64,000 nt of DNA from Elusimicrobiota bacterium (GTDB lineage: Bacteria > Elusimicrobiota > Elusimicrobia > F11), in the NCBI GenBank assembly GCA_044221725.1, contig JBGAON010000001.1:128001-192000 (forward strand), read 5' to 3'. This document shows, one piece after another, positions 37,907 through 50,715 of this stretch. The first letter of the stretch is position 1. Each line of letters starts with the position of its first letter. The notes beneath the pieces are model-generated. The model was given only the letters and a program-made list of their open reading frames with translations. It made no database searches and was not told the DNA's origin. The position numbers and the translations under genes were made by a program.

Positions 37907-39616
37907 ATGAAAAAGTGGTTGTGCCTCCTTCCGCTGGCGACGCTTGTTGCGCTCGTTTATAGCGTTGTAAATCCAAAATGGGCGGAATCGGCTTTCCTCT
38001 ACAGTGGCTACTATTTTATCTGCGCGCTCGTGATGCTGTTTTGCGTCACGTTGTATTCCTACGCGCGTTCCATTAACTTTTCCGCTCGGGATTGCCTGCG
38101 CTTCGATTACCCGGGCATTGTGATTGCTGGAGTGGCGACGGTCATCCTGTTTGGCTCGGTGCGTTGTTATTTCAAAACGCTTAGCGATGAAACGAACCTG
38201 TTGGCCGTTTCGCAATCAATGTATTTCGATCACACGGTATACCTGCGCACGCAGGCCAAGTATTACTACGATAATCTTTATCTCCTGTCGGGACTTGTGC
38301 CGATGCGACCGTTGCTTTTTCCATTTTTAACGAGCGTTCTTCACACCTTTTTTGGATATCACGCGGCGAATGCCTTTGTTTTGAATGGGTTGCTGTCGTT
38401 CATTTTTTTAACGTTTGTGGCCGTCATCGTTCGGCGCGTATCCGATACATACTCGGCCATCGCAGCGGTGCTGCTCGTCGTCTCACAGCCGGTTTATTCT
38501 TTATGTGCGACATCGGCCGGGTTCGACTTGCTGGCGGCCACCTTATTTTTCGCTGTGCTCGGCGGATTGTTCCTGTACCTAAAGAATTTGGACGGCCGTT
38601 CGTTTGGATTGCTATGGATTCTTCTCGTCGCGTTCGCGCACACGCGTTACGAGTCATCCGCCTTTGTTTTTTTTATCTTGCTCGGGCTCTTTGTTTGCCG
38701 ACGCCTGCGTTGGTCGATCATCAAAGAAACAGCGCCGATTGTTGCGTTAACAGCACCGCTGATATTGCCGCTTGTTTGGCAAAAATTGGTGGCGCCATCG
38801 GATTTCGGTAACGAACCAGGGACTGCTGTGTTTGGATTGGAATACGTTGTGAAAAACGGGAAAGAGCTCGTTTCTGGATTGTTCGATTTCAATCGCAAGC
38901 TTCCGTATGCAACGCCGTTGGCCTTAATATCCGCCGTTCTTCTTGCTTGGACTTTGCTCAAGCGAGATTCGAACACTTTGAATCCTTGGCCGAAATATTT
39001 TCGACCGATTGCATGCGCGACCTTTTCGTTTCAATTGATTTTCTATCTCTCGTATTACTTCGGTCGGTATGCGCATCCGTCGTCGGCGCGAATGTTTCTT
39101 ATCTTTTCAATAACAACAGCGCTGTTCCCAATCGTTGTCCATGTTTGTGAGCCAGGGAACACAAAACGGTCGCTGCCAATTCTTGCGAGCGCGCTGCTGT
39201 TGTTTCTCGTTTATCATCCGATTGCGGCGGACGGGCGATTCATCAATCAACTGACTTTAATTCGCGAGTCCGAATTTACATTGGATGTTCTTCGAAAATT
39301 CGGTGATAAGCGCGTGCTTGTGATCACCGATCGGCCCGGCCAGGTGATGACGGTGGGTTATGGTTCAGTCGGGTTTTCCTATGCAAACGGCGGGGTCGGT
39401 GAGCTGAAAACAAATTTCGATCGCCATCTGTTCAGCAAAATACTTGTGTTTCAGCGGATATCTTGCACGACCCACGAGCCGTTGCGATCCGATTCATTGG
39501 ATCCGAGATACCAACTCTCGTCACCGATTGCGGAGCTTCAAACGGATGCTGATGCCTTTGTCCGCGCGTCGCAAGTGGTCGGTGTGAATGATGCACTGGG
39601 CCACGGGTCTCCTTAG
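37907..39616 (+). CDS. Polytopic membrane protein, GT-C/PMT-like glycosyltransferase
   Basis: Many hydrophobic helices, LSDE motif in an early loop, RP..FP and TRYE motifs. Confidence 0.6.
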   Translation: MKKWLCLLPLATLVALVYSVVNPKWAESAFLYSGYYFICALVMLFCVTLYSYARSINFSARDCLRFDYPGIVIAGVATVILFGSVRCYFKTLSDETNLLAVSQSMYFDHTVYLRTQAKYYYDNLYLLSGLVPMRPLLFPFLTSVLHTFFGYHAANAFVLNGLLSFIFLTFVAVIVRRVSDTYSAIAAVLLVVSQPVYSLCATSAGFDLLAATLFFAVLGGLFLYLKNLDGRSFGLLWILLVAFAHTRYESSAFVFFILLGLFVCRRLRWSIIKETAPIVALTAPLILPLVWQKLVAPSDFGNEPGTAVFGLEYVVKNGKELVSGLFDFNRKLPYATPLALISAVLLAWTLLKRDSNTLNPWPKYFRPIACATFSFQLIFYLSYYFGRYAHPSSARMFLIFSITTALFPIVVHVCEPGNTKRSLPILASALLLFLVYHPIAADGRFINQLTLIRESEFTLDVLRKFGDKRVLVITDRPGQVMTVGYGSVGFSYANGGVGELKTNFDRHLFSKILVFQRISCTTHEPLRSDSLDPRYQLSSPIAELQTDADAFVRASQVVGVNDALGHGSP

Positions 39617-39756
39617 TCAAGGGCCCCAATGGATTGCCGGCGCTGAGGTCTTGCCGCGGGCGGCATACGTGTTCTACAATCCGCGAACGTTTATGAATTG
39701 GATTAACTCGTCAAATTTGTTCCCCAACCGACGCGCTTCCTAAATAAACCCCGACT

Positions 39757-42700
39757 ATGAAAAACGCAGGATTGCCTCCGAAACAGGGCCTCTATGACCC
39801 CCAGCTGGAAAAAGACAGCTGCGGCGTCGGCTTTGTCGTCCATATAAAAGGAAAACAATCGCACCAGATTGTTGAAGATGGGCTCACTATTCTGCGCAAC
39901 CTCGCGCATCGCGGAGCTTGTGGTTGCGACCCGCTCACCGGTGATGGCGCCGGAATTCTCGTTCAAATCCCTCACGCATTCTTTAAGAAGGAAGCCGCCA
40001 ATTTAAAAATCACGTTGCCGGCGCCGGGCGAATACGGTGTCGGTTTTGTGTTTCTGCCCGTGGAAAAAGATGAGCAGGCGTTTTGCATTTCCACGCTCGA
40101 AGCCACCGTTAAAGAAGAAGGACAGCAACTTTTGGGGTGGCGCGACGTGCCGGTTGTGAGCAAATGTATCGGGCACGTGGCCCGCAGTCGCGAGCCGATC
40201 ATCAAACAAATTTTTATTGGAAAGAGTGCGACCATCAAGGATCCGCTTGCGCTCGAGAGAAAATTGCTCGTAATCCGCAAGGTCGCCGAGCGGAAAATCG
40301 CGGCATCCGAACTGCAACACAAAAACATGTTTTATTTGACGAGCTTGTCCTCGGCAACGATCGTCTATAAGGGCCAGTTGATGCCGGACCAGTTGCAATA
40401 TTTCCCGGATCTGTCTGACAAGTCGTTTGAAAGTGCCCTCGCAATGGTTCATTCGCGTTACAGCACGAACACGTTTCCCTCTTGGGACCGCGCGCATCCG
40501 TACCGTTACATTGCGCACAATGGTGAAATCAATACGTTGCGTGGCAACATTAATTGGATGCACGCGCGCGAGACGCTTTTGGCCAACCCCGCGTTCGGCG
40601 AGGACATCAAGAAACTCATGCCGGTCATTAATCCGAACGGATCAGACTCGGCGATGTTCGACAACGTGGTAGAAATGTTAGTGGCCGCTGGTCGCTCGTT
40701 GCCGCACGCGATGCTTATGATGGTGCCCGAAGCCTGGAGTGGCAACGAAGCCATGGACGCTGAGAAAAAAGCTTTTTATGAATACCACTCTTGTCTCATG
40801 GAGCCATGGGATGGCCCCGCTTCCATGGCGTTCACTGACGGAAAAATGATTGGTGCGCTGCTTGATCGAAACGGCTTGCGTCCATCCCGTTATTACGTCA
40901 CCAAAGATGACATGGTGATTATGGCCTCCGAGGTTGGCGTGTTGCCGGTGAATCCGAAAAATGTGGTCACCAAAGGTCGCCTTCAACCGGGCAAAATGTT
41001 TTTGGTCGACACGACGCAAGGACGCATCATTTCTGATGAGGAAATCAAAAAGTCGCTTGTTACCCGCAAGCCGTACGCCACGTGGCTCAAGGACAACATT
41101 GTTCGTTTCGATCGTTTGCCGGAACCACCAAATTACGCGGAGCCTGATCACGCTACCCTTTTAAAACGCCAGAAAGCTTTTGGTTACACGCTCGAAGATC
41201 TGAAGTATGTGCTTCACCCGATGGCCGCCAAGGGCGAAGAAGGCGTGGGATCGATGGGCGAAGACACGCCGCTTGCGGTTTTGTCGGAGCGTCCGAAACT
41301 TCTTTACAACTATTTCAAGCAACTGTTTGCTCAGGTAACGAACCCGGCTATTGATTCCATTCGCGAGGAAGCGGTGATGTCCACCGAAGGAACGCTCGGC
41401 CCCGAAATAAATTTGCTCGACGAAACGCCGGAGCAGTGTCATCAATTGAAATTGCCCCACGCGATTATCGGCAACAAAGACCTCGCGAAAATTCGCGCGA
41501 TCAACGAAGGAAAACTGAAAGCCACTACGATCCCGATCCTTTTCAAGAAAGCGAAAGGGGTGGACGGATTGGCGCCCGCTCTCCAGCAACTTTGTCAGGA
41601 AGCGTCCCGCGCGATCAAAAAGGGTTACACAATCCTCATTCTTTCCGATCGCGGTATTGATGCGGATAACGTGGCCATCCCGGCGCTCTTGGCGACGGCG
41701 GCCGTTCATCACCATTTGATTCGCGAAGGCACGCGCACGAAAGTGGGATTGGCCGTTGAAACCGGTGAGGCGCGCGAATTGCATCATTTTGCATTGCTGA
41801 TTGGATACGGTGCAGGGGCAATCAATCCGTACGGCGCGCTCGAAACGATCGCCGACATGCTCAAGCAGGGACTGCTGCCGAAAGACCTTACGTTCGAGCA
41901 AGCGTTTAAAAATTACATCAAAGCCACGAGAAAAGGTCTTTTGAAAATCATCGCGAAGATGGGAATTTCAACCATTCACAGCTATCGTGGCGCGCAAATT
42001 TTTGAAGCGGTGGGTTTGAATCCGTCCGTCATCGAGAAATACTTTACGTGGACCGCGTCGCGCGTGGCCGGTGTGGACATTGAAACGATTGCCGAAGAAT
42101 GTTTGATCCGTCATCGTCAGGCGTTCCCTGAAGTGGAAGGGGCTGTTGAGGATTACGACGTAGGTGGTTTCTACCAATGGCGCAAAGACGGCGAATATCA
42201 CATGGTGAACCCCACCACGGTCCACAAATTGCAATACGCCGCCCGCACGAACAACCGCGCCGCGTTCAAAGATTTCCAGAAATCGATTGATGAGCGCAAT
42301 CACAATTTGGCGACGCTGCGCGGGCTCATGAAAATAAAATTTGCGGACAAAGCGATCCCCGTAGAAGAAGTGGAGCCGGTGAGCGCTATTGTGAAACGTT
42401 TTTGCACGGGCGCTATGTCTTTCGGTTCCATCAGCCGCGAAGCGCACGAGTCGCTCGCGATTGCCATGAACCGGCTCGGCGGTCGCAGCAACACCGGTGA
42501 AGGCGGCGAAGACGCCGGGCGTTTTCGTCCCGATGCGAACGGTGATTTAAAACGCAGCAAGATCAAACAGGTGGCATCCGGCCGTTTCGGTGTGACGAGC
42601 CATTATCTTGTGAACGCCGATGAAATCCAAATCAAAATTTCCCAAGGCGCAAAACCTGGAGAAGGCGGCCAGTTGCACGGCGCGAAAGTGACCGATGAAA

Positions 42701-44313
42701 TTGCGGCCACGCGAAATTCGATTCCCGGTGTGACGCTTATTTCGCCGCCGCCTCATCACGATATTTATTCGATCGAAGATCTCGCGCAGCTTATTTTTGA
42801 TTTGAAGAATGCCAATCCGAAGGCCAATGTCAGTGTGAAATTGGTGTCGGAAGTGGGCGTGGGCACCATTGCAGCCGGTGTCGCGAAAGGAAAAGCGGAT
42901 CTGGTTCTCATTGCGGGTCACGAGGGGGGCACGGGTGCGTCGCCGCTGACCTCTTTGAAATACGCGGGTCTTCCGTGGGAGCTTGGATTGGCCGAGACAC
43001 AACAAGTGCTCGTTATGAACGAACTGCGCGGTCGCATCCGTGTGCAAACCGATGGCCAGATGAAAACAGCGCGCGATTGCGTGATTGCTTTCTTGCTGGG
43101 GGCCGATGAAATCGGATTTTCCACGGCACCGCTCATCACGCTTGGGTGCATCATGATGCGTGTGTGCCATCTGAACACGTGCCCCGTCGGTGTGGCAACA
43201 CAAGATCCCGAGCTGCGCAAAAAATTTACCGGTAAACCGGAATACGTCGTGAACTTCTTCACTCTGCTGGCTGAAGAAATTCGTGAATTGCTCGCAAAAC
43301 TGGGCGTACGCTCGATCGATGAAATAGTTGGCCATGTCGAACGCTTGGAGATGGAACCGGCCGTCGATCATTGGAAAGCGAAAGGCGTTGATCTTTCGGC
43401 GATCCTTTACAAACCGCAGGAAGCGAACAGCGTTGATATTCGCCATGTATCGAAACAAGATCATGGCTTGGAAACCGCGCTCGATTACAAGTTAATCGAA
43501 AAAGCGAAACCCGCGCTCGAACAAAAGAAAGCGGTCAAGATTGAAATGCCAATTCAAAATACCGATCGTGCCGTGGGAGCCATTCTCTCAAGCGAAGTGT
43601 CGCGCAAATACGAAGCCGAGGGTTTGCCGAACGAAACGATTCATTGCAAGTTGAATGGCTCGGCCGGACAGAGTTTCGGCGCGTTCCTCGCGCCGGGAAT
43701 TACGATGGAGCTTGAAGGTGACGCCAACGATTACGTAGGCAAAGGCCTGTCGGGCGGTCGTGTCATTGTGTATCCGCCAAAAGAAAGTTCTTTCGTTCCC
43801 GAAGAGAACATGATCGCTGGGAACGTGGTGCTTTACGGCGGTATCAAAGGCGAAGCTTTCTTCCGTGGCATGGCGGGCGAGCGCTTTGCGGTTCGCAACA
43901 GCGGCGTTCGCACGGTTGTGGAAAGCGTTGGGGACCACGGTTGCGAATACATGACGGGCGGCGTCGTCGTGATCATTGGCCCCACGGGACGAAATTTTGC
44001 GGCCGGCATGAGCGGCGGTATCGCGTACATTCTGAACGAAGACGGCCAATTTAAAAGCCGCTGCAACATGGCCATGGTGGATTTGGAACCGGTCGTCGAG
44101 AAAGACGATGTCATTATTTTGAAAGATCTTATTCAACGCCATTTTGATTTGACGGGCAGCACCGTCGCAAAGAAAATTTTGGACCAATGGGAAGCGACGT
44201 TGCCGAAATTCGTGAAAGTATTTCCGAAAGAATATCGCCGCGCGCTCACCGAAATGTCCGCGAAGCAAAGCGGCCGCGCCATCGAATCAAAGAAAGTGGA
44301 GAGTTGGAGCTAA
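39757..44313 (+). CDS. gltB: Glutamate synthase large subunit
   Basis: [38 protein letters not shown]. Confidence 0.98.
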   Translation: MKNAGLPPKQGLYDPQLEKDSCGVGFVVHIKGKQSHQIVEDGLTILRNLAHRGACGCDPLTGDGAGILVQIPHAFFKKEAANLKITLPAPGEYGVGFVFLPVEKDEQAFCISTLEATVKEEGQQLLGWRDVPVVSKCIGHVARSREPIIKQIFIGKSATIKDPLALERKLLVIRKVAERKIAASELQHKNMFYLTSLSSATIVYKGQLMPDQLQYFPDLSDKSFESALAMVHSRYSTNTFPSWDRAHPYRYIAHNGEINTLRGNINWMHARETLLANPAFGEDIKKLMPVINPNGSDSAMFDNVVEMLVAAGRSLPHAMLMMVPEAWSGNEAMDAEKKAFYEYHSCLMEPWDGPASMAFTDGKMIGALLDRNGLRPSRYYVTKDDMVIMASEVGVLPVNPKNVVTKGRLQPGKMFLVDTTQGRIISDEEIKKSLVTRKPYATWLKDNIVRFDRLPEPPNYAEPDHATLLKRQKAFGYTLEDLKYVLHPMAAKGEEGVGSMGEDTPLAVLSERPKLLYNYFKQLFAQVTNPAIDSIREEAVMSTEGTLGPEINLLDETPEQCHQLKLPHAIIGNKDLAKIRAINEGKLKATTIPILFKKAKGVDGLAPALQQLCQEASRAIKKGYTILILSDRGIDADNVAIPALLATAAVHHHLIREGTRTKVGLAVETGEARELHHFALLIGYGAGAINPYGALETIADMLKQGLLPKDLTFEQAFKNYIKATRKGLLKIIAKMGISTIHSYRGAQIFEAVGLNPSVIEKYFTWTASRVAGVDIETIAEECLIRHRQAFPEVEGAVEDYDVGGFYQWRKDGEYHMVNPTTVHKLQYAARTNNRAAFKDFQKSIDERNHNLATLRGLMKIKFADKAIPVEEVEPVSAIVKRFCTGAMSFGSISREAHESLAIAMNRLGGRSNTGEGGEDAGRFRPDANGDLKRSKIKQVASGRFGVTSHYLVNADEIQIKISQGAKPGEGGQLHGAKVTDEIAATRNSIPGVTLISPPPHHDIYSIEDLAQLIFDLKNANPKANVSVKLVSEVGVGTIAAGVAKGKADLVLIAGHEGGTGASPLTSLKYAGLPWELGLAETQQVLVMNELRGRIRVQTDGQMKTARDCVIAFLLGADEIGFSTAPLITLGCIMMRVCHLNTCPVGVATQDPELRKKFTGKPEYVVNFFTLLAEEIRELLAKLGVRSIDEIVGHVERLEMEPAVDHWKAKGVDLSAILYKPQEANSVDIRHVSKQDHGLETALDYKLIEKAKPALEQKKAVKIEMPIQNTDRAVGAILSSEVSRKYEAEGLPNETIHCKLNGSAGQSFGAFLAPGITMELEGDANDYVGKGLSGGRVIVYPPKESSFVPEENMIAGNVVLYGGIKGEAFFRGMAGERFAVRNSGVRTVVESVGDHGCEYMTGGVVVIIGPTGRNFAAGMSGGIAYILNEDGQFKSRCNMAMVDLEPVVEKDDVIILKDLIQRHFDLTGSTVAKKILDQWEATLPKFVKVFPKEYRRALTEMSAKQSGRAIESKKVESWS

Positions 44314-45749
44314 TGGGCGACATTCGCGGATTTATCACGATTCAAAGAGAAGATATGGGCTATCGCCCGGTCGAGGAACGGCTGAAAGACTATAAAGAAG
44401 TCATTATTCCTCTCACCGAAGAGAAAGTGAAAGCTCAGGGCGCGCGTTGCATGGATTGCGGCGTGCCCACCTGCCATTGGGGTTGCCCCGTCGATAATTT
44501 GATCCCGGATTGGAACGATCTTGTCTACCGTGGTCGCTGGCAAGACGCACTCGAACGCTTGCTTCGCACCAACAATCTGCCGGAAATGACCGGCCGGGTG
44601 TGCCCAGCGCCGTGCGAGGTTTCGTGCGTGTTGGGGCTCATCGCTCCTCCTGTGAGCATCAAACTGAACGAGTATTCGATTATTGAGAAAGGGTTTTCCG
44701 AAGGATGGATCAAACCCGAAGTGCCAAAGACGCGTACGGGAAAAAAAGTCGCTGTCGTTGGATCCGGCCCGGCTGGTTTGGCTGCTGCGCAGCAACTGAA
44801 CCGCGCGGGTCATTGGGTCACGGTTCTTGAAAAGAACGACCGTGTTGGCGGGCTTCTCCGCTACGGTATTCCAGATTTTAAACTTGAGAAACACATTGTT
44901 GATCGCCGTCAGAAGTTGCTCGAAGCCGAAGGCATCACATTCCGTACAAACGCGCACGTGGGCGTGAACGTATCGGTTGAAAAAATTCTCGAAGAATTTG
45001 ATGCGCTTCTTTTGGCCGGCGGTTCCGAAAAACCGCGCGACCTTCCCGTGCCGGGTCGCGAGTTCAAAGGTATTCATTTCGCGATGGAGTTCTTGCCACA
45101 ACAAAATAAGCGCGGCGCCGGAGACACGATTCCCTCCGAGAAGGAAATCACCGCCAAGGGAAAACATGTGATCGTGATTGGTGGCGGCGATACGGGTTCG
45201 GATTGTATTGGAACGAGCCATCGCCAAGGAGCAAAGAGCGTGACGTCGCTCGAGCTTTTGCCGAAACCTCCCGTGGAACGACCGGCGGACAATCCGTGGC
45301 CGGAATGGTCTCGCATTTTGCGTTACTCGTCTTCGCACAAAGAGGGCGGAAAAATTGAGTACAGCGTTTCAACGAAAAAATTTAGCGGTGAAAACGGCCA
45401 AGTGAAAAAATTGCATGGCGTGAAAATTGAATGGCAGCGCGATGAAAAAGGCCAAATGAAAATGATCGAAGTGCCCGGTTCCGAATTTGAATTGGAAGCG
45501 GATCTCGTTTTGTTGGCGATGGGGTTTGTGCATCCGGTGCACGACGGAATGATTCAACAACTCGGCGTGAACTTGGATCCACGCGGTAACGTGATGGTGG
45601 ACGCGAATCACATGACCAGCAAAGAAGGCGTTTTCGCAGCGGGCGATATGGCCATTGGCCAGTCGCTCGTTGTGCGTGCGATCAAACAAGGCCGCAACGC
45701 TGCGCGCGGTATCGACAAATATCTAATGGGGGAAACACAACTGCCATGA
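44313..45749 (+). CDS. gltD: Glutamate synthase small subunit
   Basis: [26 protein letters not shown] at 44313. Confidence 0.97.
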   Translation: MGDIRGFITIQREDMGYRPVEERLKDYKEVIIPLTEEKVKAQGARCMDCGVPTCHWGCPVDNLIPDWNDLVYRGRWQDALERLLRTNNLPEMTGRVCPAPCEVSCVLGLIAPPVSIKLNEYSIIEKGFSEGWIKPEVPKTRTGKKVAVVGSGPAGLAAAQQLNRAGHWVTVLEKNDRVGGLLRYGIPDFKLEKHIVDRRQKLLEAEGITFRTNAHVGVNVSVEKILEEFDALLLAGGSEKPRDLPVPGREFKGIHFAMEFLPQQNKRGAGDTIPSEKEITAKGKHVIVIGGGDTGSDCIGTSHRQGAKSVTSLELLPKPPVERPADNPWPEWSRILRYSSSHKEGGKIEYSVSTKKFSGENGQVKKLHGVKIEWQRDEKGQMKMIEVPGSEFELEADLVLLAMGFVHPVHDGMIQQLGVNLDPRGNVMVDANHMTSKEGVFAAGDMAIGQSLVVRAIKQGRNAARGIDKYLMGETQLP

Positions 45750-46105
45750 TTCCATCGTTAACCAGCATTCAGTCAAATTATCCGGTGTTTTCGTTTGTTG
45801 CATTGTTTCTTGTTTACGCGTTTTTCGCTGTGTGTTTGGCTGCCGTTGCAAAGAAGGGCGGCGAGAGTGAAAAGTCGTGGTGGGCGTGGGTTCCCGTTCT
45901 TCAGGTTCTTTTAATTTTGCGCGTCGCAAAGATTGATTGGTGGTGGATTTTCTTCTTTTTGATTCCGTTCGTTAATATTGCGATTGCGATTTATATTTGG
46001 GTTCGCGTCGCGAAGACTCTCGGCAAACACCCGGTTTGGGGCGTGCTCATGGTGGTGCCGGGTCTTGATTTGTTCGTATTGGCTTACCTTGCATTCTCCA
46101 AGTAA
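45746..46105 (+). CDS. Small membrane protein (DUF5684-like)
   Basis: WWAWVP...LIPFVN...YLAF. Confidence 0.75.
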   Translation: MIPSLTSIQSNYPVFSFVALFLVYAFFAVCLAAVAKKGGESEKSWWAWVPVLQVLLILRVAKIDWWWIFFFLIPFVNIAIAIYIWVRVAKTLGKHPVWGVLMVVPGLDLFVLAYLAFSK

Positions 46106-46130
46106 AACCCTTTTAAACCCTTCGCTTCCA

Positions 46131-48164
<2,034 letters not shown>

Positions 48165-48171
48165 AAAAACC

Positions 48172-48201
48172 TTGCCATTTATCGTCGATATCAAGCATAA
48201 T
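48172..48201 (+). promoter_or_regulatory. Sigma-70-like promoter of the cold-shock gene
   Basis: TTGCCA-N18-CATAAT, implying a leader of about 180 nt. Confidence 0.55.
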
Positions 48202-48387
48202 AGGCGCAGCTTCATGTTAAGTTTTGTTTTTCATCGTATCCCCAGCTTTACCTTCCTAATGCTTGGAAACCCCCTTTGAGAATAAACCCTAACCAAATTT
48301 TGTTGTCTGTCCGTTGTTGGCAGCCGCTCTGCGTGGCGACCCGACGGACCTTCGGCAAATCATCAAAATAGTAGAGGTAAGAAAAAA

Positions 48388-48594
48388 ATGAGTCAACGTG
48401 GTACAGTAAAGTGGTTCAATAACGCGAAAGGTTTCGGCTTTATCGCAAAAGCAGATGGTTCCGGTGATGTATTCGTACATTACTCCGCGATTACGGGTGA
48501 AGGCTTCAAAAGCCTTGCCGAAGGACAAGAAGTGACCTTTGACGAAGTCCCAGGAGAACGGGGACCAAAGGCCGCAAACGTCGCCCGCGTCTAG
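48388..48594 (+). CDS. Cold-shock protein (CspA family)
   Basis: [23 protein letters not shown]. Confidence 0.97.
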   Translation: MSQRGTVKWFNNAKGFGFIAKADGSGDVFVHYSAITGEGFKSLAEGQEVTFDEVPGERGPKAANVARV

Positions 48595-48627
48595 TTTTAA
48601 TTAGTTAAAACGATTCACGGTAGCACG

Positions 48628-48665
48628 AAAGCCCGCCGTCCCCTCAAAGGGCGGCGGGCTTTTTT
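48628..48665 (+). terminator. Intrinsic terminator
   Basis: AAAGCCCGCCGTCC...GGGCGGCGGGCTTTTTT. Confidence 0.9.
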
Positions 48666-48713
48666 ATCGTAGGATGCCTTGAAATGATTTCCAAAAAAGG
48701 ACAATTTATAAAC

Positions 48714-49133
48714 ATGAAATCGCAACGCGGCATAGCCATTCTTGAAGTGTTGATGATTCTCGTCGTTCTCGGCGTGATCGCGTTTATCACGGTTCCCAAA
48801 TTTCAGACGATGCTTTATCAGTCACGGGAGTCTCACACTAAATCGCACCTCGGTGATCTGCGCGGCGCCCTCGCAATTTATTATTCCGACAATTTTGGCC
48901 GTTACCCTTCCGATGAAGGGACGCCGGAAACGCGACTCTCCGCAGCCATCGTGCCGCAATATTTAAAGCGCGTTCCGAGCGTGGAGCTCCGTCACCTTTA
49001 TGGTCATGACAAGAACACCGTGCAAGACCGATTCAACGATGAGGGCGATTGGATGTATTCGATGGTGAATGGGTTCGTGGCTGTGAATTCCAGCAAAGCC
49101 GATACAAAAGGCGAGCCCATTTCGAGTTGGTGA
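48714..49133 (+). CDS. Prepilin/pseudopilin (GspG-like)
   Basis: QRG|IAILEVL...VPKF; LRGALAIYYSDN.GRYP. Confidence 0.8.
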   Translation: MKSQRGIAILEVLMILVVLGVIAFITVPKFQTMLYQSRESHTKSHLGDLRGALAIYYSDNFGRYPSDEGTPETRLSAAIVPQYLKRVPSVELRHLYGHDKNTVQDRFNDEGDWMYSMVNGFVAVNSSKADTKGEPISSW

Positions 49134-49561
49134 CGGAACAGCTGCCCATCATCGACATCGGTTACGAACCAGAAGTTAAGCCGCTCATTTTGGTTGTGGA
49201 CGATGAAATCGCTATTCACGGCGTGATTTTTGATTCGTTGGAAAGCCATTACCGTTTGGTGAGCGCCCACAACGGCCGCGAAGGTGTTCTGCGGGCGTCG
49301 AAAATCAAGCCGGCTCTGATCTTAATGGATGTTATGATGCCGGATATTGGTGGATACGAAGCGGTGCGAATGCTGCACGCGGATGCATCAACAAGAAATA
49401 TCCCAGTAGTTATCATGACCGCCCAAAATTTTGACGACTCAACCGTAAAACTTTTGAAATTGGAGCCCAACGTTTACAATTTTCTTCCGAAGCCATTCCG
49501 CGCAAAAGATTTGCGTGATGTCGTTCAAAAAGCAATTAAGCGATCAAAAAATCCCTCCTAA
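49130..49561 (+). CDS. Single-domain response regulator
   Basis: ILVVDDE, LILMDVMMP, KPF; GTG at 49130. Confidence 0.9.
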   Translation: MTEQLPIIDIGYEPEVKPLILVVDDEIAIHGVIFDSLESHYRLVSAHNGREGVLRASKIKPALILMDVMMPDIGGYEAVRMLHADASTRNIPVVIMTAQNFDDSTVKLLKLEPNVYNFLPKPFRAKDLRDVVQKAIKRSKNPS

Positions 49562-49567
49562 ATTTTT

Positions 49568-50185
49568 ATGAAACAGTTGGTCTTGGATACGAGTCTTTTT
49601 GTGAACCCAGCGTCCGCCGAAGCGTGGGGGAATTCTCCGACGGCAGCGTTCACCCATTTTTTACAGGCCGCTAAACAGACCCACGATATTGCGTTGTTCA
49701 TGCCGCCAGCAATTTATCGTGAACTGATGTTTTTCGCGGAGGAAAGAAATATTCCATCGGCGCTTTTGACGCAGGTGCAGCAACGCGCTCCGAAGAAACA
49801 CGAACTGCAAGTGCCGGGATTTTTTATTTACAGTTTGGTGGAAAGTTATCGTGACCGCGTGGATCGTGGTCTCCGCCTCGCCGAGCGGCATGTGCGAGAA
49901 GCCTTGCAGTCGTCCTCATCGATGTCGCAGCCCGAAAAAGCCGCTCCGCGAGATGCGGTGCGCCCCGATGCAAAATTGGTTTCCAGCTTGCGCGAACAAT
50001 TTCGTCGCATGATGCGAGAAGGGATGCTCGATTCGAAAGCCGATGTTGATTTGTTGCTTCTCGCGTACGAGATTAAAGGCACGTTGGTTTCGGCTGATGA
50101 AGGCGTGCTCGCGTGGGCCGAAAATTTGGGAATTGAAATTTTGCCGTACTCCCAGTTGCAACCCCTCCTTAAAGAAACAAAATAA
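49568..50185 (+). CDS. HARP / RNA-free RNase P (Aq_880, PIN_5 family)
   Basis: VLDTSLFVNP, FMPP.IYREL, RVDRGLRLAE, LREQFR...REGMLDSKADVDLLLLA.E, SADEG...WAE.LG. Confidence 0.88.
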   Translation: MKQLVLDTSLFVNPASAEAWGNSPTAAFTHFLQAAKQTHDIALFMPPAIYRELMFFAEERNIPSALLTQVQQRAPKKHELQVPGFFIYSLVESYRDRVDRGLRLAERHVREALQSSSSMSQPEKAAPRDAVRPDAKLVSSLREQFRRMMREGMLDSKADVDLLLLAYEIKGTLVSADEGVLAWAENLGIEILPYSQLQPLLKETK

Positions 50186-50235
50186 CCGTCCTATTGGACG
50201 GAGTCGATCCCTCGTTTCCTCTCCATTGGAGTCGT

Positions 50236-50715
50236 ATGTTTAACCGATTCGTTTGGTTGTTGTTGCTGTTTCTCGCCAGCCCCCTCTTGGCCGAAAGCAG
50301 TTTGTCTTGGCGTGACAAGTTCGTCCGCGAACGTCGAGCGGCGTTTGGAGATGTGAGCGATCGCTCATCAGAAGAAGTGAAGAATTACTATTGGTTGGCG
50401 GGAGAAAATCGCTGCGCTGTTGCACAAAAAGTGGATTCGGCGTTGCTCGTCGATGCGCCGGCGCAAGCCTCCGACATTTCTCTTCGAGCGCACGCGTCGC
50501 TTAGTTCCTCCGTTCCCACCCCCGGATCGCGGCAACGCCCAGTTCGACGCCGCTCGGAATCATCGTTAAAGGAATTGCAATCAAAAGCCCGCCGCGCTTA
50601 TGAGAATGGACGGCTGGAGGAGGCGCGGCGTTTTTATTCGTTACTGAATCAAGCCCAACCCGATTCTGTCGAAGCCGCGGAACGACTCGCGATCATTGAC
50701 AAAGAACTGCAGTAA
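50236..50715 (+). CDS. Exported protein with C-terminal TPR-like motif
   Basis: Signal peptide; ARRAYENGRLEEARRFY...PDSVEA. Confidence 0.6.
   Translation: MFNRFVWLLLLFLASPLLAESSLSWRDKFVRERRAAFGDVSDRSSEEVKNYYWLAGENRCAVAQKVDSALLVDAPAQASDISLRAHASLSSSVPTPGSRQRPVRRRSESSLKELQSKARRAYENGRLEEARRFYSLLNQAQPDSVEAAERLAIIDKELQ

Noticed and set aside
39617..39756. ANTAR target or riboswitch upstream of gltB
   Set aside because: No tandem hexaloop hairpins or terminator that I can support.
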